Source: an uncultured Alphaproteobacteria bacterium (GTDB lineage: Bacteria > Pseudomonadota > Alphaproteobacteria > Rhizobiales > Rhizobiaceae). From it: a stretch of 64,000 bases of DNA. Below are positions 53,443-61,709 of this stretch, one piece after another. The position numbers and the translations under genes were made by a program. The notes below the pieces were generated by a model. That model saw only the letters and a program-made list of their open reading frames with translations, ran no database searches and was not told where the DNA came from. How positions within the stretch are numbered: position 1 is the first letter of the stretch; each line of letters starts with the position of its first letter. Location: positions 6,851 to 70,850 of the forward strand of contig CAVVZH010000010.1 of the NCBI GenBank assembly GCA_963752795.1, given 5' to 3'.

Positions 53443-54351
53443 TTACGCCGCCTTGATGAAGGTGCCGTTGCGAAGTTCGGTAACCGCCTGAACCAGCTCT
53501 TCGCGGGTATTCATGACGATGGGTCCATGCCAGGCGACGGGTTCGGCGATCGGCCGCCCCGACACCAGCAGGAAGCGGATGCCGCGCTCGCCGGCCTGAA
53601 CCGTCACTTCGTCGCCGGCGCCGAAGACGACCAGCGTGCGGTCGCCGCTCATGTCGCGAACGAAATGCTCTTCCTCGCCCAACCCCTTCTCGACCAGCAC
53701 GCCGAACGGCTTCGACGCGTCGCGGAAGGTGCCCGAGCCCTCGAAAATGTAGGCAAAGGCGGAAGAGCGCGTATCGACCGGAAGGATTTTCTTCCTGCCG
53801 GCTGGCACGAAGACGTCGAGATAGCGCGGCTGCGCGGCGACCCCTTCGATCGGGCCGGTTTTGCCCCAGAACTCACCCGTAATGACGCGGACGATGGTGC
53901 CATCGTCGTCGATGATCTCGGGAATGGTTTCCGCTTTGACATCCTGATAGCGCGGCGCGGTCATCTTCAGCGACGAGGGCAGATTGGCCCAGAGCTGGAA
54001 GCCGTGCATGCGGCCCTTGGGATCGCCCTTCGGCATCTCCTGATGCATGATGCCCGATCCGGCGGTCATCCACTGCACGTCGCCGGCGCCCAACGAGCCG
54101 ATATTGCCGAGGCTGTCGCCATGGTCGACGGAACCGGCCAGCACATAGGTGATGGTCTCGATGCCGCGATGCGGATGCCATGGAAAGCCCTTGAGATAGT
54201 CCTCGGGTCGTTCGTTGCGGAAATCGTCGAAGAGCAGGAACGGATCGGCCAGCGACGGATCGCCAAAGCCGAAGGCGCGGTTCAGGTGCACGCCCGCGCC
54301 TTCCAGCGTCGGCTGCGACTGTGAAAGCTGCTTTATGGGTCTGATGGACAT
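53443..54351 (-). CDS. Pirin family protein
   Basis: DPFLLFD, HPHRGIETIT, WMTAGSGIMHQE and GPIVMNT motifs. Confidence 0.95.
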   Translation of the reverse strand: MSIRPIKQLSQSQPTLEGAGVHLNRAFGFGDPSLADPFLLFDDFRNERPEDYLKGFPWHPHRGIETITYVLAGSVDHGDSLGNIGSLGAGDVQWMTAGSGIMHQEMPKGDPKGRMHGFQLWANLPSSLKMTAPRYQDVKAETIPEIIDDDGTIVRVITGEFWGKTGPIEGVAAQPRYLDVFVPAGRKKILPVDTRSSAFAYIFEGSGTFRDASKPFGVLVEKGLGEEEHFVRDMSGDRTLVVFGAGDEVTVQAGERGIRFLLVSGRPIAEPVAWHGPIVMNTREELVQAVTELRNGTFIKAA

Positions 54352-54447
54352 GGGTCATCTCCCTGGTTTCGGTGTTGGCGGAAATCTAGCCATTCGGCAG
54401 GGAGGTTACGAGTGGTGAACAAACGCAACGCAGTGTTCACCTTATCG

Positions 54448-55668
54448 TCAAGCTTCGGCCTTAAGGCGCTCCTCGACAAGAGCGGCAAGCCGCGCGGCGA
54501 CCTCGACCTTGTTCAGTTCAGGCCATTCATCGATTCCGGCTGCGGAAACGATCCTGACCCGGTTCCTGTCGCCGCCCATCACGCCGCTTCCCTCGGACAC
54601 GTCGTTGGCGACGATGAGGTCGGCGCCTTTCTTCTTCAACTTGGCGGCGGCGTTGTCGAGGAGGTTCTGCGTTTCGGCGGCGAAGCCGATGACGAGGCGC
54701 GGCCGGTCCCGGCTGTGGCCGACTTCTGAAAGAATGTCGGGATTTTCGACCATCTTCAGCATCGGCGGTTCGACGCCCGCAGCTTTCTTGATCTTTTCTC
54801 CCGACATGTCCGCCGTTCGCCAATCGGCAACCGCCGCGACCATGATGGCGGCATCGGCAGGGAGCGCCGAAAGGACGGCGTCGCGCATCTGGCGCGCGCT
54901 CTCCACATGGATGGTCGTCACGCCCAAGGGATCCGGAAGGGTCACCGGACCGGAAACAAGGCGGACATCGGCGCCCAGTGCAGCGAGCGCCTCCGCGATA
55001 GCATGGCCCTGCTTGCCCGAGGAACGATTGGCGATGTAGCGCACCGGATCGATCGGCTCATGTGTCGGACCGGAGGTGATGATGATCCGCTTGCCCGAAA
55101 GCGGCCTCGGCTGGCCATCAAGCAGGCTTTCGATGCACGCCACGATCTCCAGCGGTTCGGCCATCCGGCCTTCGCCGGCCTCGCCGCTCTCGGCCATCTC
55201 GCCCTCGCCGGGGCCGACAAAATGAATTCCATCGCCATCCAGCATCGCGCGGTTGCGGCGCGTCGCCGGATGATCCCACATTCGCGGGTTCATCGCCGGC
55301 GCGACCAGCACCTTCTTGTCGGTCGCCAGCAGAATGGCCGAAGCAAGGTCATCCGCATGACCGCCCGCCATCTTCGCCATCAGATCGGCGGTCGCCGGAG
55401 CGACGATGATCAGATCCGCCTCGCGCGACAGTCGGATGTGACCGACATCGTGCTCGTCGTCCCGATCGAAGAGCTCGGTGAAGACTTTGCCGCCGGCGAG
55501 CGCGCCGGCCGCCAGGGGCGTCACGAAATGCTGCGCGCCCGCCGTCATGACGACCCGAACCGACGCGCCGCGCTCGCGCAAACGCCGGATCAGGTCTAGC
55601 GACTTATAGGCCGCGATCCCGCCGCCAATGATCAGCAGGATATGCTTGCCGGAAAGGGTCGCAGCCAT
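54448..55668 (-). CDS. coaBC: Phosphopantothenoylcysteine decarboxylase/ligase
   Basis: GGIAAYK, APAMN, DPVRYIANRSSGKQG and GFAAET motifs. Confidence 0.97.
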   Translation of the reverse strand: MAATLSGKHILLIIGGGIAAYKSLDLIRRLRERGASVRVVMTAGAQHFVTPLAAGALAGGKVFTELFDRDDEHDVGHIRLSREADLIIVAPATADLMAKMAGGHADDLASAILLATDKKVLVAPAMNPRMWDHPATRRNRAMLDGDGIHFVGPGEGEMAESGEAGEGRMAEPLEIVACIESLLDGQPRPLSGKRIIITSGPTHEPIDPVRYIANRSSGKQGHAIAEALAALGADVRLVSGPVTLPDPLGVTTIHVESARQMRDAVLSALPADAAIMVAAVADWRTADMSGEKIKKAAGVEPPMLKMVENPDILSEVGHSRDRPRLVIGFAAETQNLLDNAAAKLKKKGADLIVANDVSEGSGVMGGDRNRVRIVSAAGIDEWPELNKVEVAARLAALVEERLKAEA

Positions 55669-55680
55669 CTCTATCCGTCC

Positions 55681-56079
55681 TCAGGCCGGCTTGAGCGCCG
55701 GCTCGATATCGGTATGGATGAAATCCTCTCCCTTGAAAAGAAGCGGCAAATTCCGCGTCCTGGCAAGGGCGTAGGAGAAGCAATCGCCGAAATTAAGTTT
55801 TGCCGGATGTTTGCTGCCGCGTCCGTAGCGGCGGAATGCCGATATCCCCGCATGAGCGTCGGCTTCGGAGATTGCTACAGCCTCCAGCCCGGCAAGTTTA
55901 ACGAGTTCCATGGGCCTGGAATGTTCGTCTCCTCGATGAACCGTAACGATACCGGCTTCGAGCAGCGTACCTGCGCTGATCAGCCTTCTGTCGGCCTTTG
56001 CAAGAGCTTCCACGATAGGAGCGGCATCCGCCTCATCCCTCAGGATTGCGATCAACGCCGAGGTGTCGACAACAATCAC
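55681..56079 (-). CDS. vapC: VapC/FitB PIN-domain toxin
   Basis: VDTSALIAIL, LNFGDCFSYA and LLFKGEDF motifs. Confidence 0.93.
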   Translation of the reverse strand: MIVVDTSALIAILRDEADAAPIVEALAKADRRLISAGTLLEAGIVTVHRGDEHSRPMELVKLAGLEAVAISEADAHAGISAFRRYGRGSKHPAKLNFGDCFSYALARTRNLPLLFKGEDFIHTDIEPALKPA

Positions 56080-56354
56080 TGCTTATCCAGATAGTCATAG
56101 AGAGCATCGGACTCGGCTTTGTGATCGATTGGCTCACTGGGCTTGCGGCCAAGCGCCAGGATTTCCTCGAGCGAGGCATCCAGATTCCATTCGGACTTCC
56201 CCGCATTCGCCGGACTTTTCGGCGCGTCCCGCGGAACCCCCTGGCGCAGCCGGTCGCGCGCTTCCAGCTCCATAGAAACGCCGCGCTCGGCGGCGCTCCG
56301 GCGCAGGTCGCGCATCACAGCATCATCAAGTTTTCGAACCGTCACCGTGGCCAT
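56076..56354 (-). CDS. FitA-like ribbon-helix-helix antitoxin
   Basis: MATVTVRKLDDAV...AAERGVSMELEAR; overlaps the toxin start by 4 nt. Confidence 0.88.
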   Translation of the reverse strand: MATVTVRKLDDAVMRDLRRSAAERGVSMELEARDRLRQGVPRDAPKSPANAGKSEWNLDASLEEILALGRKPSEPIDHKAESDALYDYLDKQ

Positions 56355-56405
56355 CTCATTATCCTTTCGGATCGGAAGATAAAGCGGCCCGCTGACGACT
56401 ACAAT

Positions 56406-56429
56406 GCCAGCATTGCCAGCAATGCTGGC
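56406..56429. promoter_or_regulatory. Candidate TA operator inverted repeat
   Basis: GCCAGCATTG-CCAG-CAATGCTGGC about 50 nt upstream of the antitoxin. Confidence 0.55.
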
Positions 56430-56438
56430 GGATCGGGT

Positions 56439-58013
56439 CTATATCACCTTCCAGGCGATGACGGCCAGCGCGATCGCAATGATCCACAGCGCCACGCGAC
56501 CCCAGCGGGTGTGGCGCGCTTCGGCCTTGCCGATGGCGCTTGCCGTGGCGGCGTCGAAGCGCAGGCCGTTCTCGGCCATTGCATCGATTTCGCGTGACAG
56601 ACGCTCGGCCCGGGCGGCGAGGTCCGGCGCCTGGCGAGCGAGGGAGAGGAGCGCGTGACCGCCGTCGCGGGCGTCGACCAGAATGGCCTTCGGCCCGAGA
56701 TTGTCGCGGATCCATCCGCCAACCACCGGCTCCGACGCCTTCCACATGTTGAAGGCAGGATCCAGCGTGCGCGCCACGCCTTCCACCACAACCATGGTTT
56801 TTTGCAGCAGCAGGAGTTCCGGGCGCGTCTCCATGTCGAAAAGCTCGGTCACCTCGAAAAGCAGGGTGAGCAGGCGGGCCATGGAAATGGTTTCGGCGGA
56901 TTGGCCATGGATCGGCTCGCCGATCGCGCGGATCGCCTGGGCGAAGGAGGCGACGTCATGCTTGTGCGGCACGTAGCCGGCCTCGAAATGCACCTCCGCC
57001 ACGCGGCGATAATCGCGCGTGATGAAGCCGTAGAGGATTTCCGCCAGGAAGCGCCGCTCCTTCTTGCCGAGCCGCCCGGTAATGCCGAGATCGACGGCGG
57101 CGATCGTTCCGTCCGGTTCGACGAAAAGGTTGCCCGGATGCATGTCGGCATGGAAAAAACCGTCGCGCAGGGTGTGACGCAGAAAAGACTGGATCAGACA
57201 TGCCGCCAGAGCTTTCAAATCATGGCCGGCGGCCATGAGACCGTCGATGTTCGACATCTTGACGCCGTCGATCCATTCCAGCGTCAGCACATCGCGTCCG
57301 GTACGCTCCCAATCGACCTCCGGCACGCGGAACCCCGGGTCATCCTTGGTGTTTTCGCCAAGTTCCGAGAGCGCCGCGGCCTCCAGGCGCAGATCCATCT
57401 CCATGCGCGTCGTCTGCGCCAGCGTTTCGGTCACCTGGACCGGATGCAGTCTGCGCGAGGACGGCAGGAAACGTTCCTGCAAACGCGCGGCGAGGAAATA
57501 GCTTTCAAGATCGTGCTGGAAACGGCGCCGGACGCCCGGCCGGATGATCTTGACCGCGACCCGGCCCGGTATCCGGCCACTGGTCACAGAAGCTTCGTGA
57601 ACCTGCGCGATGGAAGCCGCCGCGACCGGCTCGCCGAACCGCTCAAACAATTCCTCGACCGGACGGCCAAGCGAGGTCTCGATCGAGATGACGGCGGCGG
57701 CGCGCGGAAAGGTAGCCATGCGGTCCTGCAGGCCGGCGAGATCACGCGCCATTTCCTTGCCCACGACATCGGGCCGGGTCGCAAGAAACTGGCCGAGCTT
57801 GACATAAGAGGGGCCAAGCCGTTCGACCGCGCTGGCCAATCGCTCCGAGCGGTCTTTGCGCACGGATCGCCTCCGCGCCAGCGCGCGCGCCACCCGCCAG
57901 CCGAATTTCGGCATTCCGGAAAGCTGATCGCCCGGCAGAGAGGCAATGACCCCCTCGCGCGCCAGAACCCAGCCGGCATGGAGCAGACGAAGCGAAGCGG
58001 CCAGCGTACTCAT
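56439..58013 (-). CDS. ubiB: Ubiquinone biosynthesis kinase-like protein UbiB
   Basis: LGPSYVKLGQ, AASIAQVH, VAVK and FFHADMHPGN motifs. Confidence 0.96.
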   Translation of the reverse strand: MSTLAASLRLLHAGWVLAREGVIASLPGDQLSGMPKFGWRVARALARRRSVRKDRSERLASAVERLGPSYVKLGQFLATRPDVVGKEMARDLAGLQDRMATFPRAAAVISIETSLGRPVEELFERFGEPVAAASIAQVHEASVTSGRIPGRVAVKIIRPGVRRRFQHDLESYFLAARLQERFLPSSRRLHPVQVTETLAQTTRMEMDLRLEAAALSELGENTKDDPGFRVPEVDWERTGRDVLTLEWIDGVKMSNIDGLMAAGHDLKALAACLIQSFLRHTLRDGFFHADMHPGNLFVEPDGTIAAVDLGITGRLGKKERRFLAEILYGFITRDYRRVAEVHFEAGYVPHKHDVASFAQAIRAIGEPIHGQSAETISMARLLTLLFEVTELFDMETRPELLLLQKTMVVVEGVARTLDPAFNMWKASEPVVGGWIRDNLGPKAILVDARDGGHALLSLARQAPDLAARAERLSREIDAMAENGLRFDAATASAIGKAEARHTRWGRVALWIIAIALAVIAWKVI

Positions 58014-58026
58014 GCGAGACTGTCCG

Positions 58027-58803
58027 TCAAAGCTTCCAGCCCGAATGCAACGCCGCGATGCCGCCCGAATAATTGCGCCAGGTCACGCGCTCGAAACCCC
58101 CCGCGCGGATCATGCCCGCGAAATTTGCCTGCGATGGGAACTTGCGGATAGATTCCACCAGATATCGGTAAGGCTCGGCGTCGCCGGCGACGATGCCGCC
58201 GATGCGCGGTATGGCGTTGAAAGACCACGCCTCATAGGCGCGATCGAGAATTGGCATGTCCACTTCCGAAAATTCGAGACAGAGAAAGCGGCCGCCGGGC
58301 TTGAGGACGCGGAAGGCTTCGGCGAGCGCAACCTCGATCCTGGGCACGTTGCGGATGCCGAAGGCGATCGTGTAGGCGTCGAAGGAATTGTCCGGGAAAG
58401 GCAGTTCCTCCGCATTGGCCTCGACGAAGTCCACCTTGTCGGAAAGACCCCGATGCTTCGCGCGGTCCTGGCCGACGGCAAGCATGGAGCCGTTGATGTC
58501 GAGGACCGTGACATGGGCATTGCCGCCTGACGCGTCGAGGATGCGGAACGCCACGTCGCCCGTCCCGCCCGCCACGTCGAGCGCCTTCCAGTCTCCACGC
58601 CTGGACGGATTGAGCCAGGCGACCAGTCCATTCTTCCACGGACGATGCAATCCCGCCGACATCAGATCGTTCATCAAATCGTAGCGTCTGGCGACATGAT
58701 GAAAGACGCCGTTGACCAGATCCTGCTTGTCCCCGTCGCCAACGGCGCGGAAGCCAAAGGAAGTCCGCATGCCGTCGGCGGAAATGGATCGTTCTGTTGA
58801 CAT
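58027..58803 (-). CDS. ubiE: Ubiquinone/menaquinone C-methyltransferase
   Basis: [24 protein letters not shown] and [10 protein letters not shown] motifs. Confidence 0.97.
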   Translation of the reverse strand: MSTERSISADGMRTSFGFRAVGDGDKQDLVNGVFHHVARRYDLMNDLMSAGLHRPWKNGLVAWLNPSRRGDWKALDVAGGTGDVAFRILDASGGNAHVTVLDINGSMLAVGQDRAKHRGLSDKVDFVEANAEELPFPDNSFDAYTIAFGIRNVPRIEVALAEAFRVLKPGGRFLCLEFSEVDMPILDRAYEAWSFNAIPRIGGIVAGDAEPYRYLVESIRKFPSQANFAGMIRAGGFERVTWRNYSGGIAALHSGWKL

Positions 58804-59038
58804 TCACTCGTCCCGTTGGAAACCGGCGGAAACATAGCCGATTGGAAACCGCGATGCTATCGCCTGTCCGCGCCGCGATGATGAGCCGCGCCCGGGCTCT
58901 CCGCCGGGCCGATCGGTACCGAAAAGAACCTCTTTGTTCGATCGGGATCGACAAAACTGTGGTTCGCCGCCATACGGAGGTTTGTTCAGGGCATTCGGGC
59001 CGGTACTATCTGGCCCGATCCAGAATGAGGAGCATCCC

Positions 59039-59668
59039 ATGCAGGGCGTCACCGTCGTCGACCATCCGCTGGTGCAGCACAAGCTGACGATCATGCGCAG
59101 CAAGGAGACATCCACGGCCGGATTCCGGCGGCTTCTGCGCGAGATATCGCTGCTGCTCGGCTACGAAGTCACACGCGATCTCGACCTGACGACGAAGACC
59201 ATCGAGACGCCGTTGCAGGCAATGGAAGCGCCGACGCTCGAAGGCAAGAAACTCGTGTTCGCCTCCGTGCTCAGGGCTGGCAACGGCCTGCTTGAAGGCC
59301 TTCTGGATCTGGTGCCGGCCGCCCGAGTCGCCCATGTCGGGCTCTACCGAGACCATGAGACACTGGAAGCCATCGAATATTTCTTCAAAGCGCCGAGCGA
59401 TCTGGCCGACCGGCTGATCATCGTCGTCGATCCGATGCTGGCCACCGCCAATTCGGCGATCGCCGCCGTCGAGATGCTCAAGGGGCGCGGCGCGACCAAT
59501 CTCCGCTTTCTTTGCCTGCTGGCCGCGCCCGAAGGGATCGAACGCTTTACCACGGCGCATCCGGACGTGCCGGTCTTCACCGCGGCAATTGACGAACGCC
59601 TCAACGAGAAGGGCTATATCGTGCCGGGCCTCGGCGACGCCGGCGACCGCCTGTACGGAACGAAATAG
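59039..59668 (+). CDS. upp: Uracil phosphoribosyltransferase
   Basis: [19 protein letters not shown] and [12 protein letters not shown] motifs. Confidence 0.97.
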   Translation: MQGVTVVDHPLVQHKLTIMRSKETSTAGFRRLLREISLLLGYEVTRDLDLTTKTIETPLQAMEAPTLEGKKLVFASVLRAGNGLLEGLLDLVPAARVAHVGLYRDHETLEAIEYFFKAPSDLADRLIIVVDPMLATANSAIAAVEMLKGRGATNLRFLCLLAAPEGIERFTTAHPDVPVFTAAIDERLNEKGYIVPGLGDAGDRLYGTK

Positions 59669-59815
59669 CGGGAATCTGTATGAATTCGACCGCGCCGTTT
59701 ACCAGCCGGTAACCTAAACTTTTGGATTTCCGAGCGATTTACGGCGGTCGCGGGCGGAATTAAGCCGATAGTGATCCCCTGCGGATAGGCTCGATTTCGC
59801 TCGGGAACCTTGCCT

Positions 59816-60376
59816 ATGAACAAGCTGATCCTCGTTGGAGCCTTCGCGGGCCTCGCGGCATCCGTGCCGGTCCTCTACCAGTCCAATCCGGCGGCTTTTC
59901 ACGCCATGCTTCGCTCGGCGATGACGGCAAAAGACCCGGAACCCGTGCCGGCGGCCGCTCTACCTCCGCGCCTCGCGGCGGCGGAAGCCGAACCGGAACT
60001 GCTTGGGCGAAAGGTGCGCGTTCCTGCCGACCCGCGTGGCCACTTCGCGGCGGACTTCAAAATCAACGGGCGCCCGATCGAGGCGATGGTCGATACGGGC
60101 GCGACGGTCGTGGCACTCAACCAGACCACCGCCCGCCGCATCGGCATCAACCTGAAACCCACCGACTTCATCTATACCGTCAACACCGCCAACGGGAAGA
60201 CAAAAGCCGCCTCCGCCACGATCGATGATATGCAGATCGGCAAGATTTACGTGGAGAAGGTCCCCGCCGTCGTTCTGCAGGATTCGGCGCTTACAGGAAC
60301 GCTGATCGGCATGAGCTTTTTGAAGCGGCTTTCGAAATTCCAGGTCGAAAACGGCGCGATGATCCTCGAACAATAG
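59816..60376 (+). CDS. Clan AA aspartyl protease (TIGR02281 family)
   Basis: GHF, MVDTGAT, TANG and LIGMSFL motifs. Confidence 0.9.
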   Translation: MNKLILVGAFAGLAASVPVLYQSNPAAFHAMLRSAMTAKDPEPVPAAALPPRLAAAEAEPELLGRKVRVPADPRGHFAADFKINGRPIEAMVDTGATVVALNQTTARRIGINLKPTDFIYTVNTANGKTKAASATIDDMQIGKIYVEKVPAVVLQDSALTGTLIGMSFLKRLSKFQVENGAMILEQ

Positions 60377-60395
60377 CCGGCCCACGCGTCGTCTC

Positions 60396-61709
60396 CTATT
60401 CCGCTATTCTTCGCATCACGGGCTTGCGCCGGTCGGGCCTGCTTTCGCCCAATGAATAGGCGGCGCGAACGATGGAAGCCGCCGTCTCGGCGCTCGCCTG
60501 CGAGCGGGCGCGAACGATCGCGATGGCTTCCCCGCGTGCTACTTCGGCCCCTACGGGCAGCAGATCGGTAATGCCGACCGCGTGGTCTATCGTGTCTCCG
60601 GGCCTGCTGCGGCCGCCACCCAGCCCGACAACGGCCAGCCCTATGTCGCGGGTGGCAATGGACGTCACAAAGGCATCGCGGTTGATGGTCACCCTATGTT
60701 CGACCTCGGCCCGGGGCAGAAAATCGCGGCAATTTTCGATGAAACCCGACGGGCCTCCCAGCGCGCCAACCATTCGACCGAAGGTCTCGGCCGCCCGTCC
60801 ACTGCCAAGCGCTTCGCGCGCCAGCCGCCCGCCATCGGCATGCGAACCGGCAATGCCGGCCGAATGCAGCATTTCCGCCGCCAATGCCAGCGTCACTTCC
60901 TCCAGCCGGGCGTCGCGACGGCGGCTGGTAAGGAAATCGACGGCGTTCTCGACCTCGACGGCATTGCCGGCGGCGGAAGCCAGCGGCTCGTCCATGTTGG
61001 TGATCAGCGCGGTGGTCCTGAGGCCCGCGCCATTGGCGACTTCGACCAAGCTCTTGGCCAGCGCCGAAGCATCACGGGCGCGCGCCATGAAAGCCCCGTT
61101 GCCCGCCTTGACGTCGAGTACCAGAGACTGGAGCCCCGCCGCCAGCTTTTTCGACAGGATGGAGGCCGTGATGAGCGGGATGGACTCGACCGTCGCCGTG
61201 ACGTCGCGGATGGCATAGAAGCGCTTGTCGGCGGGAGCCAGATCGGCGGTCTGGCCGATGATGGCGCAGCCCGTTTCGCGCACCGCCTTGCGGAAAAGCG
61301 TGGTGTCGGGCTGGCTGACATAGCCGGGGATGGCGTCCATCTTGTCGAGCGTGCCGCCGGTATGCCCAAGGCCGCGCCCCGAGATCATCGGCACATAGGC
61401 GCCGCAGGCCGCGACGATCGGGGCAAGCATCAGCGAGACATTGTCGCCGACGCCCCCGGTCGAGTGCTTGTCGGTGACGGGTCCCGGCAGGTCCGACCAG
61501 TCGAGTATATCCCCGGAATCGCGCATGGCCAGCGTCAGCGCCACCGCCTCCTCGCGGTTCATGCCGTTGAAGAAGATCGCCATGGCGATCGCGGCGACCT
61601 GCCCCTCCGATACCGCGCCGGAGGTAACGCCGGCAATAAAATCCGCGATGTCCTTGGCCGATAGCGGCTTGCGATCGCGCTTGCGGCGGATGATCTCTGC
61701 GGGAAGCAT
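60396..61709 (-). CDS. deoA: Thymidine phosphorylase
   Basis: DKHSTGGVGD, SGRGLGHTGGTLDK, RDVTATV and SILSKK motifs. Confidence 0.96.
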   Translation of the reverse strand: MLPAEIIRRKRDRKPLSAKDIADFIAGVTSGAVSEGQVAAIAMAIFFNGMNREEAVALTLAMRDSGDILDWSDLPGPVTDKHSTGGVGDNVSLMLAPIVAACGAYVPMISGRGLGHTGGTLDKMDAIPGYVSQPDTTLFRKAVRETGCAIIGQTADLAPADKRFYAIRDVTATVESIPLITASILSKKLAAGLQSLVLDVKAGNGAFMARARDASALAKSLVEVANGAGLRTTALITNMDEPLASAAGNAVEVENAVDFLTSRRRDARLEEVTLALAAEMLHSAGIAGSHADGGRLAREALGSGRAAETFGRMVGALGGPSGFIENCRDFLPRAEVEHRVTINRDAFVTSIATRDIGLAVVGLGGGRSRPGDTIDHAVGITDLLPVGAEVARGEAIAIVRARSQASAETAASIVRAAYSLGESRPDRRKPVMRRIAE

